From assembly GCA_035760645.1 (NCBI GenBank), contig DASTSO010000024.1, positions 87,331 through 151,330 of the forward strand: a stretch of 64,000 nt of DNA, written 5' to 3'. The position numbers and the translations under genes were made by a program. The first letter of the stretch is position 1. Each line of letters begins with the position of its first letter. The notes beneath the pieces are model-generated. The model saw only the letters and a program-made list of their open reading frames with translations. It was not told the origin of the DNA and did not search any database. This document shows positions 33,041 through 45,031 of the stretch, piece after piece. Source of the stretch: Gemmatimonadales bacterium (lineage in GTDB: Bacteria > Gemmatimonadota > Gemmatimonadetes > Gemmatimonadales > GWC2-71-9).

Positions 33041-33752
33041 CGTCCACCACCAGGGTCTCGCCGGTCACGTAGTCGCCGTGCTCGAGCAGGTAGAGCACCG
33101 CCTGCACCGCGTCCTCCGGCGTGCCGAGCCGGCCGAGGGGGGTGGCGCGCGCGAGGCGCTCGCGGGCGGCCGCGTCGTAGTCGTCGGGAACGAGCACCGC
33201 GCCGGGCGCCACCGCGTTCACGGTCACCTCGGGGGCGAGCGCGCGCGCGAGCACCTCGGTGAGCATCACGACGCCGGCCTTGCTCACCGAGTGCGCGGCG
33301 AAGCCGGGCCAGGGCTCGAGCCCGCTGAGATCGGCGAGGTTCACCACCTTGCCCTGCGCGCGGCGGAGCGCGGGCGCGGCGCCCTGCGTCACGAAGAAGA
33401 CGCTCCGCAGGTTGAGGTCGAGGATCGCATCGAACTGCGCGATCGTCGTCTCCTCGAAGGCGAGCTTGTGCATGACGGCGGCCGAATTGACGAGCACGTC
33501 GAGCGCCCCGAAGCGCTCGACGACCCGCGCCGCGAGCGCCCGCGCCGCCTCGGCGTCGGTGAGGTCGGCCTCGAAGCACTCGGCCTCGCCGCCCGCGGCC
33601 CGCACCGCCGCGCGCAGCGCCTCGGCGCCCTCCGCGGAGGCGTTGTAGTGGATGGCGAGCCGCACCCCGCGCGCGGCGAGCGCCGCGGCGATCGCGCGGC
33701 CCAGCCGGCGGCCGGCGCCGGTGACGAGCGCGACGCGACCGCGGAGCTCCAT
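33021..33752 (-). CDS. short-chain dehydrogenase/reductase
   Basis: ATG at 33750-33752 overlaps the upstream SDR stop (ATGA); ALVTGAGRRLGRAIA, Y/K region HSVSKAG. Confidence 0.8.
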   Translation of the reverse strand: MELRGRVALVTGAGRRLGRAIAAALAARGVRLAIHYNASAEGAEALRAAVRAAGGEAECFEADLTDAEAARALAARVVERFGALDVLVNSAAVMHKLAFEETTIAQFDAILDLNLRSVFFVTQGAAPALRRAQGKVVNLADLSGLEPWPGFAAHSVSKAGVVMLTEVLARALAPEVTVNAVAPGAVLVPDDYDAAARERLARATPLGRLGTPEDAVQAVLYLLEHGDYVTGETLVVDGGRRLR

Positions 33753-34498
33753 CAGACCTTGCCGCGCGTGATCGGCATGACGTGGCCCGTGATCCCGCTC
33801 GCCGCGTCGCTCGCGAGGAAGAGCACGCCGTCGGCGATCTGCGCCATCTCGACGTAGTGGGCCTCGGGCCCCGCCTGGCTCACGTTGTCGCCGGTGCGCA
33901 CCATGCCCGGCGCGATCGCGTTGACCCGGATCCCGCGGTCGAAGAGCTCGACGGCGAGGCTCCGGGTGAAGCCCGCGACCGCCGCCTTCGCCGCGGTGTA
34001 GACGGCCATCTGGCCCGCGGGCTGGACGTAGGCGATCGAGGCGAAGTTCACGATCGCGCCGCGGGTCGCGGCGAGCGGCTCGACCGCGGCTTGGGAGACG
34101 AGGAACGTCGTCTTGAGGTTGATCGCGACCTCGCGGTCGAAGTCGGCGACCGTGGTCCGCTCGATCGGGCCGTAGGTCGTGAGCCCGCCGGCGACGTTCA
34201 CGACGACGTCGAGCCGGCCGAAGTGCTTCTGCGCGGTCTCCATCGCGATCGCGGCCGCGTCGGGCTCGGTGAGGTCGCCGGCGGCGGGGCGCGCCTCGAG
34301 GCCCAGCGCGGCCAGCTCGCGCGCCCGCTCGCTCACGGCGACGGCGTTGCGGTCGCAGACGACGAGCTTCGCCCCGGCCTCGCCGAAGGCGCGGGCGACG
34401 GCGTAGCCGATCTGCCCGGGCCGCGCGACGCCGGTGACGAGCACGACCCGGTCGCGGAAGTCGAAGCGGATGCCATCGGTGCGGGCGGGCGTCGTCAT
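33752..34498 (-). CDS. short-chain dehydrogenase/reductase (atypical glycine motif)
   Basis: ATG at 34498 (MTTPARTDG...); VLVTGVARPGQIGYAVA, YTAAKAAV (Y-x3-K). Confidence 0.8.
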   Translation of the reverse strand: MTTPARTDGIRFDFRDRVVLVTGVARPGQIGYAVARAFGEAGAKLVVCDRNAVAVSERARELAALGLEARPAAGDLTEPDAAAIAMETAQKHFGRLDVVVNVAGGLTTYGPIERTTVADFDREVAINLKTTFLVSQAAVEPLAATRGAIVNFASIAYVQPAGQMAVYTAAKAAVAGFTRSLAVELFDRGIRVNAIAPGMVRTGDNVSQAGPEAHYVEMAQIADGVLFLASDAASGITGHVMPITRGKV

Positions 34499-34545
34499 GG
34501 AGACCTCGTGCGGAGTCGGGCGGAGTGAGGCGGAGTGCCGCGGGC

Positions 34546-35454
34546 TCAGGCGGGGCGCGCGGCCTCGAGCTGCGCGAGCCACTCGAGCGGCACCTGCTGC
34601 GCGCCGATCGTCGCGTGCTCGCGGTCGCCGGCGTCCTCGGGGGCACGCTCGCCGTGCCAGTCGGAGCCGCCGGTGCGGCGCAGGTTCAGCGCGAGCGCCA
34701 GATCGGTGAGCCGGGCGCGGGTGTCGGGGTCGTGGCTCGGGTGGCGGGTCTCGACGGCGTCGAGGCCCTCGGCCTTGAGCCGCTCGAGCGCGCCGCGCGT
34801 ACCGCGGTCCTTGAGGTGCGCGGCCGAGACGACGCCGCCCAGCCGGTGCACCAGCGCCGCCACCTCGGCGAAGGGCGGCAGCGCCTTCTCGACGAACGCC
34901 GGGCGGCCCCGGCCCAGGTAGCGGTCGAAGGCGTCCTGGACGTCGCGCGCCGCGCCCTGGCGCACCAGCGCCCGCGCCACGTGCGGGCGGCCGATCGCGC
35001 CGCCGCCCGCCGCGGCGAGGACCTGGTCGAAGTCCAGCACGACGCCGGCGGCGCGCACCTTGTCGACCATCGCGCGGCCGCGCCGCTCGCGGTCGATGCG
35101 GCAGCGGACGAGGAAGCTCTCGAGCTCGTCCGACGCGGCCGGGAGGAAGTAGCCGAGGAGGTGCATCTCGCCCCAGGAGACGGCGACCGAGAACTCGCAG
35201 CCCGCCACCACCCGCACCCCCAAACGCGCGCCGGCCGCGAGCGCGGCCGGCAGACCCGCCACCGTGTCGTGGTCGGTCAGGGCCACCGCGGCGAGCCCCG
35301 CGGCCGCGGCCGCCTCGATCACGCGCTCGGGCGGGAGCGTCCCGTCGGAGGCGGTCGAGTGCACGTGCAGGTCGACGGTGGCGCCCGAGGCCCCCCCCGC
35401 GGCCGTGCCGGGGTCGCCGCTCAGCGCCGGTACCCCAGCTCGGGCGACGTCCAC
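34546..35454 (-). CDS. PHP-domain phosphoesterase (TrpH/YciV-like)
   Basis: VDLHVHSTASDG, ALTDHD, later HP.H and GSDWHG motifs. Start uncertain: the nearest in-frame GTG is at 35454, which gives a 34-nt overlap with the upstream small gene. Confidence 0.75.
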   Translation of the reverse strand: MDVARAGVPALSGDPGTAAGGASGATVDLHVHSTASDGTLPPERVIEAAAAAGLAAVALTDHDTVAGLPAALAAGARLGVRVVAGCEFSVAVSWGEMHLLGYFLPAASDELESFLVRCRIDRERRGRAMVDKVRAAGVVLDFDQVLAAAGGGAIGRPHVARALVRQGAARDVQDAFDRYLGRGRPAFVEKALPPFAEVAALVHRLGGVVSAAHLKDRGTRGALERLKAEGLDAVETRHPSHDPDTRARLTDLALALNLRRTGGSDWHGERAPEDAGDREHATIGAQQVPLEWLAQLEAARPA

Positions 35455-35687
35455 GACGGCTGCGAGAGCCGGAGGAAGCGCGCGAGCTCCGCGTCGGTGA
35501 GCTGCGCGAGCGAGGTCTCGCGCTGCTTCGTCATCCGCGGCACGTAGCGCATGATCCGCTGCTCGCGCCCGGGCCCCTCGCCCCGCGTGAACACCAGCCC
35601 GAACTCGTCCTTGTTGTACTGCGTGTAGTGGCCGCTCACGCTCACCAGCCACCGCTCGCCGTCCACCTCGATCATCCGTCGGGGCAT
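35421..35687 (-). CDS. hypothetical small protein (88 aa)
   Basis: ATG preceded by GAGGACGAG; MPRRMIEVDGERWLVSVSGHYTQYNKDEFGLVF...; high GC3; no family recognised. Confidence 0.55.
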   Translation of the reverse strand: MPRRMIEVDGERWLVSVSGHYTQYNKDEFGLVFTRGEGPGREQRIMRYVPRMTKQRETSLAQLTDAELARFLRLSQPSWTSPELGYRR

Positions 35688-35708
35688 CGCTCGTCCTCGT
35701 CGCCTGGC

Positions 35709-36011
35709 TCAGGCCACCGGCCGGTCGGCCAGCGGCACCTCGTTCCACATCTCGTCGGCCGTCTCGTCGTAGAGCGCGAGCTCGCGCAGCCGCTGCTCGA
35801 GCCGCCGCTCGCCGGCGAGCCGCCGGATCGGCCACCCGCCCGTCCCCTCGCGGAACTCGACGAACTCGAGCGGGTCGGCGGCATTGCGGAAGACCCAGAA
35901 GCGGCGCCCCTCGCCGCGCACCAGCTGCGCGAGCTCGGCGACGAGGGCCAGGTACTCCGCGTCGCGCCCGGGCGCCACCGTGGCCCGGGCGATCGTCAGG
36001 GTGCGCCGCAC
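35709..36011 (-). CDS. hypothetical small protein (100 aa), possibly a ferredoxin-like (ABM/Dabb-type) fold
   Basis: GTG at 36011 preceded by GAGGGAG; (V/M)RRTLTIARATVAPGRDAEYLALVAELAQLV...WVFRNAADPLEFVEFRE. Confidence 0.5.
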   Translation of the reverse strand: MRRTLTIARATVAPGRDAEYLALVAELAQLVRGEGRRFWVFRNAADPLEFVEFREGTGGWPIRRLAGERRLEQRLRELALYDETADEMWNEVPLADRPVA

Positions 36012-36022
36012 CGGCTCCCTCG

Positions 36023-37450
36023 TCAGACGGCGCCCTCGGGGAACTCCTGCAGCATCCGCTTGACGTCGGCCATGAAGCGGTCGGCGTCGGCGCCGTCGAC
36101 GATCCGGTGGTCGAAGGCGAGCGAGAGCATCCCCTTGAGGCGGATGCCCAGCGTGTCGGCGCCGTCCACCGTGACCACGGTCGGCTGCTTCTCGATCGCG
36201 CCGACGCAGAGGATGGCCGCCTGCGGCTGGTTGATGATCGGCGTGCCGATCACCGAGCCGAAGACGCCGGGGTTCGTGATCGTGAAGGTCCCCTTCTGCA
36301 CGTCGTCGGGCGAGAGCTTCTTCGTGCGCGCCCGCTCGCCCAGATCGTTGATCGCGCGGGCGATGCCCAGGAGACTCAGCTCGTCGGCGTGCTTGACGAC
36401 GGGGACGATGAGCCCCCAGTCGAGCGCGACGGCGATGCCGAGGTTGATGTCGCGCCGCAGCACCGTGCTCTCGCCCGAGACGGCGGCGTTGAGCGTCGGG
36501 TGCTGGCGGAGGCTGTCGGCCACGGCCTTCGCGATGAAGGCGAGGTAGGTCAGGTTCACGCCGCGCTCGGCGTACTCCGCCTTCTTCCTCGCCCGGAGCT
36601 GCTGGACGCGCGTGTAGTCGATCTCGAAGAAGGTGTTGACGTGCGGCGAGAGCCGGCGCGACAGCACCATGTGGTCGGCGGTGAGCTTCCGGATGCGCGA
36701 CCAGGGCTCGACCTTGTCGCCCTCCCAGGCCTCGACCTGCGGGGCCGCGGGCAGGGCGGCCGGGGCCGCGGTCGCCGGCGCGCCGGGCGCCGCCGGAGCG
36801 CCCGGCGCGGCGGGCGCCTGGGGCGCGGCCGGCTGGGCCTGGGGCGCGGTCGCGGCGCCGCTCTCGATGTAGCTGAGGACGTCGTTCTTGGTGACCCGAC
36901 CCGCGACGCCGCTGCCCGGGATCGCCTCGAGGTTCAGGTTGTGCTCGGCCGCCATCTTCCGCACGAGCGGCGTCGAGCGGCGCCGCAGCCGCTCCTCGAG
37001 CGACTCGACCCCGCCCACCTGGTCCATGCTGCGCGTGGCGGGCACCGCCGGGGGCGGCGCCGCCGGGTTGGTGATGCCGCCGTAGCCGCTCTTCGGTTCG
37101 TCGGCCGCGACGGGCGTCGCCGGCGCAGCCGGGGCCGCCGGGGCCGCCGGGGCCGCAAGCGCCGCCGGAGCCGTGGCCGGAGCGGCCGGCGCGGGCGCGG
37201 CGGCGCCGGCCTCGGTCTCGATCCGCGCGACGACGGTGTTCACGGCCACCGTCTCGCCCTCCTTCACGATGATCTCGGCCAGCACGCCGGCATTCGGCGC
37301 CGGGATCTCGGCGTCGACCTTGTCGGTCGAGATCTCGAAGATCGGCTCGTCCCGCTTCACGGTGTCGCCCACCTGCTTGAGCCACTTCGAGAGCGTCCCC
37401 TCGGCGATCGACTCGCCCATCTGGGGCATGATGACGTCAATGCGGGCCAT
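36023..37450 (-). CDS. 2-oxoacid dehydrogenase complex E2 (dihydrolipoamide acyltransferase)
   Basis: 475-aa ORF; lipoyl domain EISTDKVDAEIPAP, Ala/Pro linkers, PSBD, catalytic DHRIVDGA. Confidence 0.92.
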   Translation of the reverse strand: MARIDVIMPQMGESIAEGTLSKWLKQVGDTVKRDEPIFEISTDKVDAEIPAPNAGVLAEIIVKEGETVAVNTVVARIETEAGAAAPAPAAPATAPAALAAPAAPAAPAAPATPVAADEPKSGYGGITNPAAPPPAVPATRSMDQVGGVESLEERLRRRSTPLVRKMAAEHNLNLEAIPGSGVAGRVTKNDVLSYIESGAATAPQAQPAAPQAPAAPGAPAAPGAPATAAPAALPAAPQVEAWEGDKVEPWSRIRKLTADHMVLSRRLSPHVNTFFEIDYTRVQQLRARKKAEYAERGVNLTYLAFIAKAVADSLRQHPTLNAAVSGESTVLRRDINLGIAVALDWGLIVPVVKHADELSLLGIARAINDLGERARTKKLSPDDVQKGTFTITNPGVFGSVIGTPIINQPQAAILCVGAIEKQPTVVTVDGADTLGIRLKGMLSLAFDHRIVDGADADRFMADVKRMLQEFPEGAV

Positions 37451-37486
37451 GCTCGGATCTCCGGTCAGTGCGTTATTCCGCCGAGT

Positions 37487-37529
37487 GGGCGGGACGGCGG
37501 GAAGGGCGGATGGCTCCGGCCGTCCCGCC
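37487..37529. repeat. GGCGGGAC-type inverted-repeat element, minimal copy B (intercistronic E1beta/E2)
   Basis: GGCGGGACGGC (37488-37498) pairs with GCCGTCCCGCC (37519-37529) around a 20-nt loop. The minus strand reads TAGGCGGGACGGC starting in the E1beta stop codon. Confidence 0.7.
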
Positions 37530-38506
37530 TAGTAATCAGCCAGCCAGCGAACCGCCTTCACGATGTCCGACGTCTGGGGGAGCACGAAGTCCTCGAGCGC
37601 CGGCGCGTACGGGAGCGGCACGTCGTGCGCCGCGACGCGCTTCACGGGGGCGTCGAGCCACTCGAAGCACAGGTCGTTGATGCGCGCCGTGATCTCGCCG
37701 GCGATGCCGCCGGTGACGGTGTCCTCGTGCACGATCAGGACGCGGTTCGTCTTCTTCACCGTGGCGACGATCGCCGCATCGTCCATCGGCAGCAGCGAGC
37801 GCAGGTCGAGCACCTCGACGCTGATCCCGTGCTCCTGCTGGAGCTGCTCGGCCGCCTCGAGCGCCTTCCACACCGTGGCGGCGTAGGTGATGATCGAGAC
37901 GTCCGTGCCCGCGCGCGCCACCCGCGCCTGGCCGATCGGCACGAGGTGCTCGCCGGCGGGGAGCGTCTCCTTGATGCGCCGGTAGAGGTACTTGTGCTCG
38001 AAGAAGAGCACGCAGTCCTCGTCGCGGATCGCGCTCTTGATGAGCCCCTTCGCGTCCGCGGGCGTCGAGGGATAGACGATCTTGAGCCCCGGCGTGTGGA
38101 GGAACGCCGCTTCGGGGTTCTGCGAGTGGAACGGGCCGCCGCGCACGTAGCCGCCCGAGGGCCCGCGCACCACCATCGGGCACGGCAGGAACGCCCGGTA
38201 GCGCGCCGTCGCGACGTAGTTCGTCAGCATGTCGTAGGCGCAGGAGATGAAGTCGATGAACTGCATCTCCACCACCGGCCGCATCCCCATGTGCGCCGCC
38301 CCGGCGGCCGCGCCGACGAAGCCCGCCTCGCTGATCGGCGTGTCGATGACGCGCCGCTCGCCGAAGCGCTCGAGGAGCCCTTCGGTGACCTTGAACGCGC
38401 CGCCGTAGGCCCCGATGTCCTCGCCCAGCAGGAAGACGTCGGAATCGCGCTCCATCTCCTCGCTGATCCCCTGGCGGATCGCCTCGAGGAAGGTGACCTC
38501 AGACAT
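37529..38506 (-). CDS. 2-oxoacid dehydrogenase E1 component, beta subunit
   Basis: 325-aa ORF; MSEVTFLEAIRQGISEEM, GEDIGAYGGAFKVT. Confidence 0.92.
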   Translation of the reverse strand: MSEVTFLEAIRQGISEEMERDSDVFLLGEDIGAYGGAFKVTEGLLERFGERRVIDTPISEAGFVGAAAGAAHMGMRPVVEMQFIDFISCAYDMLTNYVATARYRAFLPCPMVVRGPSGGYVRGGPFHSQNPEAAFLHTPGLKIVYPSTPADAKGLIKSAIRDEDCVLFFEHKYLYRRIKETLPAGEHLVPIGQARVARAGTDVSIITYAATVWKALEAAEQLQQEHGISVEVLDLRSLLPMDDAAIVATVKKTNRVLIVHEDTVTGGIAGEITARINDLCFEWLDAPVKRVAAHDVPLPYAPALEDFVLPQTSDIVKAVRWLADY

Positions 38507-39599
38507 CGTACGTCCCCCAGCCCTGGGCGCGCTCGTTGACCTCGACCGCCGAGCGGACGCCCGCGCGGTACCACTGCACCGGCATCATCGCCGGCTCGGC
38601 GTAGACCCCGCTGAGCGCGTCGAGCGGCTCCGGCGTCCCCGACCGCTCGGCGACGTCGGTGGCGGCGTCCACCTCCTCGCGCACCCGCGCGTCGATCGCC
38701 GCGAGCTCGTCGGCCGCGAAGCCGTACGTCCCGGTCAGCGCGCGCACGTAGCGGTCGAGCGGGTCGTTCTCCGCCGCCCAGCGCTCGGTCTCGCCCGCCG
38801 GCACGTAGCTCTGGTTGTCGTGCTCGGCATGGCCCTTCCGCCGGTACGTCATGAACTCGAGGAGCGTCACGCCCCCGCCCTGCCGGGCGCGGTCCACCGC
38901 CTCCTGCGTCAGGCGATACACTTCGAGCACGTCGTTGCCGTCGCCGCGGATGCCCGGGACGCCGTAGCCCGGCCCCTTGTCGGCGAGCCGCTCGGCGGCG
39001 CACTGCTTCGCCGTGGGCGTCGAGTAGGCGTAGCCGTTGTTCTCGACGACGACGACGAGCGGGCAGCGCTGCACGGCGGCGAGGTTGACCCCCTCGTGGA
39101 AGGCACCGGTGCTGGTGGCGCCGTCGCCGACGTAGACGAGGCCGACGCGGGGCTCCTGGCGGAGCTTGAAGGAGAGCGTCACCCCGGCCATCACCGGCAC
39201 CATGTCGCCCAGATGCGAGATCTGGCCGACGAAGTTGCGCTCGGTGACGTCGCCGAAGTGGATGTTGAGCTCGCGCCCGCGGGTGGGGCTGTCGCCCTTG
39301 GCCATGTACTGGCGGAGCACCTCGACCGGGGTGGCGCCCTTGACCAGCATCGAGCCCAGGTTGCGGATGAGGGGCGAGAGGACGTCCTCGCGCCGCAGCG
39401 CGAAGGCGCTGCCGACGGCGCAGGCCTCCTGGCCCAGCGAGCGGAAGAGCCCGCCGACCACCTTCGTCTGGCGGTAGAGGGCGACCAGCCGCTCCTCGAG
39501 CGTGCGGGTCAGGCGCATCCAGTAGTACAGCTCCAGCAGCTGCTCGCGCGACAGGCCAGCGGGCGGGGCGGCCGGCGTCGGGAGGCTCGTGGCGGTCAT
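38499..39599 (-). CDS. 2-oxoacid dehydrogenase E1 component, alpha subunit (TPP-binding)
   Basis: ATG at 39599 (MTATSLPT...); GDGATSTGAFHEGVNLAAV TPP motif. Whether the substrate is pyruvate or branched-chain 2-oxoacids cannot be told from sequence. Confidence 0.88.
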   Translation of the reverse strand: MTATSLPTPAAPPAGLSREQLLELYYWMRLTRTLEERLVALYRQTKVVGGLFRSLGQEACAVGSAFALRREDVLSPLIRNLGSMLVKGATPVEVLRQYMAKGDSPTRGRELNIHFGDVTERNFVGQISHLGDMVPVMAGVTLSFKLRQEPRVGLVYVGDGATSTGAFHEGVNLAAVQRCPLVVVVENNGYAYSTPTAKQCAAERLADKGPGYGVPGIRGDGNDVLEVYRLTQEAVDRARQGGGVTLLEFMTYRRKGHAEHDNQSYVPAGETERWAAENDPLDRYVRALTGTYGFAADELAAIDARVREEVDAATDVAERSGTPEPLDALSGVYAEPAMMPVQWYRAGVRSAVEVNERAQGWGTYDV

Positions 39600-39687
39600 G
39601 CGGCTCCGAAGTCCGAGAGTGGGCCCGGGCTGCGCGCCCCGGGCCGGTCCGGGCAGGAAAATCGACCGGAAGAGGGGGAAAATCAAC

Positions 39688-39799
39688 GGCGGGACGGCGG
39701 GAAGGCGGGACGGCGGGAGCGCCCGACGGCAAACGGGCCCCCGGTGTCGTCACCGGAGGCCCGTTGGGAGAGCGGTTTCCCGCCGTTCCGCCCTCCCGC

Positions 39800-39800
<1 letters not shown>
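39688..39800. repeat. GGCGGGAC-type inverted-repeat element, full copy C
   Basis: Arm GGCGGGACGGCGGGAAGGCGGGACGGCGGGAGC (39688-39720). Inner hairpin GGGCCCCCGGTG-TCGT-CACCGGAGGCCC (39735-39762). Complementary arm CCCGCCGTTCCGCCCTCCCGCC (39779-39800). The minus strand reads TAGGCGGGAGGGCGG starting in the hppA stop. Confidence 0.8.
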
Positions 39801-42343
<2,543 letters not shown>

Positions 42344-42412
42344 CGAGACTCTCCTGAATTGACGGGCATGCATGCGCCGCGGGTTGGAGGGCGGCGCGGA
42401 GGGGGACCAGCG

Positions 42413-42443
42413 AAAACCCCGAGCATGGCGGGCATGCTCGGGG
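42413..42443 (-). terminator. rho-independent terminator after the 96-aa gene
   Basis: Minus strand: CCCCGAGCATG-CCCGC-CATGCTCGGGG followed by TTTTCG. Confidence 0.7.
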
Positions 42444-42449
42444 CAGACT

Positions 42450-42740
42450 TCAGTAGGCGCCGATCGGACGGTGCGTCGGGTCGGCGGCGGTGTGGACGAG
42501 CGTGAGGAACCGCTTGCCCAGTTTGTCGATCTCGCTCTCGCCCACCTGGTTGGTCTCGATCGTGACCAGGGTGTAGTGCCCGCCCTCGGGCACGGCGGTG
42601 ACGGCGAGGGTGCCGATCGCCCCGGCGAACGCCCGGCGGCGCGGTGTCTCCTCGGTGGGGCTGAGGCGCTGGCCGAAGAAGGTCGCGGCCTGCGCGATCA
42701 CCTCGTCGGGCGAGAGTTGGGTGCGATGCAGGTATTTCAT
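42450..42740 (-). CDS. hypothetical protein (96 aa)
   Basis: ATG at 42740; MKYLHRTQLSPDEVIAQAATFFGQRL...; last gene before the terminator downstream of ino1; no family recognised. Confidence 0.55.
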   Translation of the reverse strand: MKYLHRTQLSPDEVIAQAATFFGQRLSPTEETPRRRAFAGAIGTLAVTAVPEGGHYTLVTIETNQVGESEIDKLGKRFLTLVHTAADPTHRPIGAY

Positions 42741-42823
42741 GACCGGTGGATGCGGGGACGCACGGAGCCGGGCGATCGAAGAGGCGGCCCGGACCGGACC
42801 GCCTCCCGGATCATAACCCCTGC

Positions 42824-44167
<1,344 letters not shown>

Positions 44168-44169
44168 TG

Positions 44170-44862
44170 CTACTGTCCTTTCGCGAGAGTATCGAGGGCC
44201 GCTCGCCGGGGGCGCGGGGCGACCTCGCGGGCGGGGGCGGCGCCATCGACGCCGTCGGCCGTCCGGTAGACGTAGACGAACCGCTGGACCACCGTGATCA
44301 CGCTGGCCAGCGCCAGGAGGCCGACCATCGCCTCCAGGACGAGGGCATGGGGCCCGGCGCCCACGAGGAGCGAGGCGAGCCCCAGCCCCAGGATCCGCTC
44401 GGCGCGCTGGGCGATCCCGACCTTGCACTCCAGCCCGAGCCCCTCGGCCCGCGCGCGGGCGTAGGAGACGAGGAGCGAGCTGAGAATGGCCACCATGCAG
44501 AGGATGACGGCGAGCGGCCGCCAGGCGACGTCCGGGGCGTAGAGGAGAAAGGCCCCGATGCCGATGAACGTCGCGCCGTCGCCCACGCGGTCGAGCGTCG
44601 AGTCGTAGAACGCGCCGAACTTGGTCACCATCGCCCCGCCGCGGGCCACCTGGCCGTCGAGCGTATCGGCGACGCCACTCACCAGCAGCAGGAGGCCGCC
44701 GATGCGGATGTGGCCGAGCCCGTAGGCCACGGCCGAGGCCAGCACGAGGCCGGTGCCGACGGTGGTGATCGTATTGGGCCGGACGCCGGAGCGGATCAGC
44801 CGGTCGACCGCTGGTCGCACCACCGCGTAGTACGGCCGCTCGAGGGCCCCGACGAGTTTCAC
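44170..44862 (-). CDS. CDP-alcohol phosphatidyltransferase (phosphatidylinositol-phosphate synthase candidate)
   Basis: GTG at 44862; motif DTLDGQVARGGAMVTKFGAFYDSTLDRVGD (D-x2-DG-x2-AR...G-x3-D-x3-D); several TM segments; stop is 2 nt from the ino1 start. Confidence 0.75.
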   Translation of the reverse strand: MKLVGALERPYYAVVRPAVDRLIRSGVRPNTITTVGTGLVLASAVAYGLGHIRIGGLLLLVSGVADTLDGQVARGGAMVTKFGAFYDSTLDRVGDGATFIGIGAFLLYAPDVAWRPLAVILCMVAILSSLLVSYARARAEGLGLECKVGIAQRAERILGLGLASLLVGAGPHALVLEAMVGLLALASVITVVQRFVYVYRTADGVDGAAPAREVAPRPRRAALDTLAKGQ

Positions 44863-45031
44863 GCTCGGCTCGACCTCACGTTCCGGGAAGGGCGCAGGCG
44901 GCCGGGGGCCGCCGCAATCGGGCAAAAGGATAACGGCTAAATCCGCCCCGGGCAATGCACGTGGCCCATTCTGCCCCACCGCCGTGACCCCGGCGTGACC
45001 CGGCGCGCGCTCCCGGGGGTGCGCGGCTAAC

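Noticed and set aside
36107-38539. 810-aa ORF on the plus strand
   Set aside because: Antisense to the E2 and E1beta genes; composition artefact of high GC.
36023-39599. Missing E3 (lipoamide dehydrogenase) as an anomaly of the 2-oxoacid dehydrogenase operon
   Set aside because: E3 is often encoded elsewhere and shared between complexes, so its absence from the window is not informative.
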